DNA of 63,124 nucleotides, filler included, from Candidatus Woesearchaeota archaeon (GTDB lineage Archaea > Nanobdellota > Nanobdellia > Woesearchaeales > GCA-2685855), in assembly GCA_002685855.1 (NCBI GenBank). It is 7 parts of 7 records of this genome, joined end to end, with 100 filler letters (N's around TTAATTAATTAA, not from the genome) between each part and the next. Parts side by side here need not be neighbours in the genome. Positions count along the whole stretch, not along the records: positions 54,684 to 61,059 come from NYYS01000006.1; positions 61,160 to 63,124 come from NYYS01000018.1; 5 more parts are not named here. The stretch is one strand, 5' to 3'. Of this stretch, positions 59,278 through 63,124 are shown in pieces. Below the pieces are notes generated by a model, which did not search any database, had not been told where the DNA came from, and saw only the letters and a program-made list of their open reading frames with translations. The translations under genes and the position numbers were made by a program. How positions within the stretch are numbered: the first letter of the stretch is position 1; each line of letters starts with the position of its first letter.

Positions 59278-60543
59278 ATGAAAGTATTTGAACAACTCGG
59301 CATTAGCCACCAACTCCTTGCAAATATCAAACAACAAGGAATAGAAACACCAACACAGATCCAGGAAGAATCAATCCCTCATATTATGAACGGGAAAGAT
59401 GTCATTGGAGAATCCGCAACAGGATCCGGAAAAACATTAGCCTTCGGATGCGGCATTATTGACACTGCAGTCCCAAGAAAAGGAATACAGACAATAATTC
59501 TCTCTCCAACACGAGAACTCGCTGAACAAGTCAAAGATTCAATCAGACAACTTGCAACAGGAAAAAAACTCAATGTCATCGCAATCTACGGCGGAGTCTC
59601 AATCGAGCCACAAATCCAGGAACTCAGACGAGCAGAAGTCGTAGTCGCAACTCCTGGAAGACTCCTTGATCATCTTTCACGAAGAACAATCAACACATCC
59701 AATGTGAACATCCTTGTACTCGACGAAGCAGACCGCATGCTCGAAATGGGATTCATAGAAGATGTAGAGCAAATAATCAGAGCCTGTCCAAGAAACCGAC
59801 AAACACTGGTCTTCTCAGCAACGCTCGCACCACGAATTAAGGACCTTGCAAACAAATACATGAACAACCCCGTAAAAATATCCGCAAGAAACCAGGTAGA
59901 CCCCAGCAAACTAAAACAAGTCTACTACAACATACAAAAAAACATGAAACTCTCACTTCTTATGCATCTATTGCAAAGCGAAAAAGAAGGATTGGCCATG
60001 GTATTCTGTAACACGCGAAAAACAACAGACTTCGTATACCAAAACCTAAAAGCAAACAAGATCAACGCCATCGCAATCCACGGCGGCCTTACACAAAGTA
60101 AACGAACAAAAACAATAGGTATGTTCAACCAGGCAAAAGCAGGTGTACTTGTATGCACAGACGTAGCAGCACGAGGACTTCACATAGATAACGTATCACA
60201 CATCTTCAACTATGAAATCCCAAAAGACTCAAACGACTACGTCCACAGAATTGGAAGAACCGCACGCGCAGGAGAAAAAGGAAAAGCCGTAAACCTCCTC
60301 TGCGACTACGACCACGATAACTTCTCAAGAATCCTCAGAGATTATAGAGAATTCAACGTAGAAAACATCAAAAGTCCCTTTCTCAAACAAGTAGCAGCAA
60401 TACGCGTCGACGACCGCAGTCGCTCTGACAACAGAAGACGCCCCCAAGTTAGATCAGGGTTCAGACCAAGAAGAGGAGCAGGTAGACATGGCGGATATGG
60501 TGGGCAGAGTAGATCAGGCCAACGGTTCCGTCGAGATAGATAG
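59278..60543 (+). CDS. DEAD-box RNA helicase (CshA/DeaD-like)
   Basis: TGSGKT, PTRELA, TPGR, DEAD, SAT, HRIGRTAR, and an R/G-rich tail. Confidence 0.95.
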   Translation: MKVFEQLGISHQLLANIKQQGIETPTQIQEESIPHIMNGKDVIGESATGSGKTLAFGCGIIDTAVPRKGIQTIILSPTRELAEQVKDSIRQLATGKKLNVIAIYGGVSIEPQIQELRRAEVVVATPGRLLDHLSRRTINTSNVNILVLDEADRMLEMGFIEDVEQIIRACPRNRQTLVFSATLAPRIKDLANKYMNNPVKISARNQVDPSKLKQVYYNIQKNMKLSLLMHLLQSEKEGLAMVFCNTRKTTDFVYQNLKANKINAIAIHGGLTQSKRTKTIGMFNQAKAGVLVCTDVAARGLHIDNVSHIFNYEIPKDSNDYVHRIGRTARAGEKGKAVNLLCDYDHDNFSRILRDYREFNVENIKSPFLKQVAAIRVDDRSRSDNRRRPQVRSGFRPRRGAGRHGGYGGQSRSGQRFRRDR

Positions 60544-60573
60544 ATTTAAATAGGTCGCTCTATTATAAGTAGT

Positions 60574-60966
60574 ATGGACTATATCGTAGTTGAATCAAGA
60601 CTAAAAACAGACAAACCACGCACCTACATCTGGAATAAGATCAACACACCAAAAAAAATCGTCAAGATAGAAGAATTTGATGAAAACGCAAAAATAAAAA
60701 AAATATCAGAAAACACCTACGAACTTCTATCAGAAGAATATCACGTCTTACTCACCTTCATATTCGCAAGAGGAGTAAATCAAACATTCATCAACAAAAA
60801 AAACTTCCCCCTAACCTGGTTCGAAATCAAAGGAGAACAAAACTGCACAATCATACACGGAGAATACAAACGAAAAGACCCTTCTATGAGCAGAGAAAAC
60901 CTCCAAAAAGAGATCGAAGAAGTAAAAAGACACTTTATGCGAGAACTAGAAGAAATAGCATCATAA
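60574..60966 (+). CDS. Hypothetical protein, possibly SRPBCC-like
   Basis: 130-aa ORF with its own TTTAAA box; PRTYIWNKI resembles SRPBCC N-termini. Confidence 0.5.
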   Translation: MDYIVVESRLKTDKPRTYIWNKINTPKKIVKIEEFDENAKIKKISENTYELLSEEYHVLLTFIFARGVNQTFINKKNFPLTWFEIKGEQNCTIIHGEYKRKDPSMSRENLQKEIEEVKRHFMRELEEIAS

Positions 60967-61059
60967 TTGGTGTTATATTCTCCTCGAAGAGGATGAGGAG
61001 CCGCTTAGGCGACGATGAGTTCTGGTCAATGAATCGAGCACGGCGAGAGTAGGGTGAAA

Positions 61060-61159
61060 NNNNNNNNNNNNNNNNNNNNNNNNNNNNNNNNNNNNNNNNN
61101 NNNTTAATTAATTAANNNNNNNNNNNNNNNNNNNNNNNNNNNNNNNNNNNNNNNNNNNN
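61060..61159. other. Artificial contig linker
   Basis: N-run, TTAATTAATTAA, N-run. Confidence 0.97.
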
Positions 61160-61294
61160 GCAACAGAAGAAAACATCAAAAAAGCATTCCGAAAAGCAGG
61201 ATTCTCAGTCAAAGTAGAACGAAAACCTGGCCTCTTCTGGAAATACCTCTACGTTATTGGCATGAAAAGCGATGAAGATGTTCCCTTTATCTAG
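61160..61294 (+). CDS. 3' end of an unidentified gene
   Basis: ATEENIKKAFRKAGFSVKVERKPGLFWKYLYVIGMKSDEDVPFI*. Confidence 0.5.
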   Translation, partial: ATEENIKKAFRKAGFSVKVERKPGLFWKYLYVIGMKSDEDVPFI

Positions 61295-61296
61295 AA

Positions 61297-62025
61297 CTAT
61301 GCCGCAGATTCATGCCACCGATCCCTCACCCGTAGATGATCTCTCCGCCGCAACCCCTCAACAAGATCAACAAGCTTCTCCTCACCATAAAAAACAAGAA
61401 TCCCATCAACCTCTGTCCCCACAGGATACCTTCTATTAAACACACGAAGATCCCCATTCCGAACAAAAAACACATCATCAGAACGAGCAGCCTCAATCTC
61501 CTTCATCACAAACAACTCAGCAAGTCTCCCCCGAAGATGAGCATACGCCGGCCGTCTACTCGAAGTAATCAACCGATGCAACCCCTCTGCATCAGACTCC
61601 CTCAAAATATCCATCAAGAACGGCCTTCTCTCCTTTTTCACAGCCCGATACAACAAACCACGCTCCTGATTCGTCAATCCCTTCAACATCTCATCAGAAA
61701 GATACAAACTCACAATAGAAAGATCCACCTCATACCTCCTCTGAGAAAGAGAAAGCCTCTGCCCCCTCTTATAATGCCCAATTCCTCGATACAACTCAGG
61801 CATCCACTCCACACCAAACCCCTTCCTATACGTATCAGCCCAATACTTACACAAAAGCTCCTTCTTCTCCCCAAGCTGACCCATTTTTCCTTTTGGCCGA
61901 CACCCAATCTCAACCAAACCAAGACTCAACCGCTCTCCAGATTCAGAAACCAAAGGAAGACGCGGCAGAGAACATCCCGGTAGATAGAAAGAAGGTCCCT
62001 CATCAAGATGCCGTCCCAAACCCAT
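61297..62025 (-). CDS. Hypothetical protein with a partial PD-(D/E)XK-like C-terminus
   Basis: RGRLAELFV...TEVDGILV; no clear downstream ExK. Confidence 0.5.
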   Translation of the reverse strand: MGLGRHLDEGPSFYLPGCSLPRLPLVSESGERLSLGLVEIGCRPKGKMGQLGEKKELLCKYWADTYRKGFGVEWMPELYRGIGHYKRGQRLSLSQRRYEVDLSIVSLYLSDEMLKGLTNQERGLLYRAVKKERRPFLMDILRESDAEGLHRLITSSRRPAYAHLRGRLAELFVMKEIEAARSDDVFFVRNGDLRVFNRRYPVGTEVDGILVFYGEEKLVDLVEGLRRRDHLRVRDRWHESAA

Positions 62026-62332
62026 CAACAGGTCATGAGGAATACACCTATTTATATCCTTCTATTTCCTCATCAGATTCCACCACCACCTTGTCAGACT
62101 TAGGCTGAATATGTGCTTCTGTGCCCTCTCTCGACGACTACTTCAACCAAACTATTACTATGGAAATGTGTGGTTAATTTCAAAAAGAGAGCTACGCAGC
62201 AAAGAAGGAACAATCACTCGTTCAATTTTTTCTTTTTTTATTCTTCTATCTACAAGAAAAAAATTGCCTTCACTTATGTTTCGTTGGGGGTGATAGTAAG
62301 TGAAGGCAAAGAAGGTAGGCTAAATATCTTTT

Positions 62333-63124
62333 TTACCTCAGGATCTCAATACCCAGCTCTTCTGCCATCTGCTGTCTTGAAGATGCAGTCTCCCTTTCGG
62401 TCTGTTTTCCAAGGATCCATGGGCTCTTCACGCCTGTGATGATCGTCATCACAGTAAGTTTACCCTTCATCTCTTCTGAAACACGAGCGCCCCAGATAAC
62501 ATTAGCATCATCATCCATCGACTCAGTAACCAACTCTCCAACCTTGCTAATCTCATCCAAAGTCATATCAGGACCACCCGAAATATGAATAATCGCGCCA
62601 GTTGCACCCTCATAGCTGATGTCCAGCAACGGATTGCTCAACGCACCCTTCACTGCCTCTTCAACCTTGTTATTCGTGTCAGACGCACCAACACCGATAG
62701 CAGCAACACCACCATCAGTCATGATCGTCTTTACATCTGCATAATCCAGGTTCACAAGACTTGGAACAGCGATCGTTTCAACAATACCCTTAATCATCGT
62801 AGCAATTAACTCGTTCGCAACAGCAAACGCCTGCTGAACAGGAAGATTTCCAGCAATCTGCACCAAGCGATTATTATCAATCACAATAACTGTATCACTC
62901 ACCTGCCGAAGCTTTTGCAACCCAAACTCTGCCTTATCAACCCGGGCTCGTTCAATCTTAAACGGCATCGTCACCGTACCAATAACAATAGCACCAACAT
63001 CCTTTCCAACAGCTGCAACCGTAGGAGCCGCACCCGTACCTGTACCGCCACCCATGCCTGCACATACAAATACCATGTCAGATTGTTTTAGAGAATCTTT
63101 AATCTCATTCAAAGATTCCTGTGC
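62333..63124 (-). CDS. ftsZ: Cell division protein FtsZ, 5' end outside the window
   Basis: GMGGGTGTG, IDNNRL, NLDYAD and VIWGA. Confidence 0.97.
   Translation of the reverse strand, partial: AQESLNEIKDSLKQSDMVFVCAGMGGGTGTGAAPTVAAVGKDVGAIVIGTVTMPFKIERARVDKAEFGLQKLRQVSDTVIVIDNNRLVQIAGNLPVQQAFAVANELIATMIKGIVETIAVPSLVNLDYADVKTIMTDGGVAAIGVGASDTNNKVEEAVKGALSNPLLDISYEGATGAIIHISGGPDMTLDEISKVGELVTESMDDDANVIWGARVSEEMKGKLTVMTIITGVKSPWILGKQTERETASSRQQMAEELGIEILR

Noticed and set aside
60980..61059. GC-rich hairpin-like segment with GATGA motifs at the contig end (also the 45786-45805 palindrome)
   Set aside because: It is cut by the contig end and seen once, so an sRNA, a REP-like repeat and a mobile-element end cannot be distinguished.
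14084..61159. Six copies of palindromic TTAATTAATTAA flanked by N runs
   Set aside because: These are identical 100-nt artificial linkers. ORFs spanning them and gene adjacency across them are not biological.
1..63124. CRISPR arrays, cas genes, rRNA genes, prophage or reverse transcriptase systems
   Set aside because: No repeat-spacer arrays or diagnostic motifs were seen by eye. Highly divergent versions cannot be excluded without searches.

Overview
This window is seven contigs joined by artificial 100-nt N-TTAATTAATTAA-N linkers (14084-14183, 22382-22481, 40312-40411, 47902-48001, 54584-54683, 61060-61159). It comes from an archaeon with DPANN (Woesearchaeota-like) gene content; the lineage is an inference. 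Housekeeping genes include rpoD-tRNA-Leu-rpl18e-rpl13-rps9-rpoN, top6A/B, aRF1, eIF5A, rpl40e, FEN1, DnaG, RIO1, Rpp21, RtcB/archease, Sua5, Trm5, Trm11, TrmJ and FtsZ. Accessory content includes two toxin-antitoxin pairs, a free-standing LAGLIDADG gene, an IS200/IS605 tnpA, a glycosyltransferase cluster and two surface-protein operons. The most interesting signals are non-coding or genome-scale: (1) an unannotated box H/ACA-type guide RNA with a K-turn upstream of dnaG, whose pocket is complementary to 23S rRNA helix 69; (2) a very strong G+T versus A+C strand asymmetry that ignores gene direction and visibly changes protein composition; (3) a tRNA-Leu(GAG) with a D-loop intron and mismatched acceptor halves; (4) a promoter/RBS-supported operon of three 27-35 aa microproteins; (5) a dispersed intergenic motif TTTCCATATGGTAAA; (6) several truncated or frameshifted metabolic genes. 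No CRISPR array or rRNA gene was seen. All calls are by eye from motifs; no searches were run.
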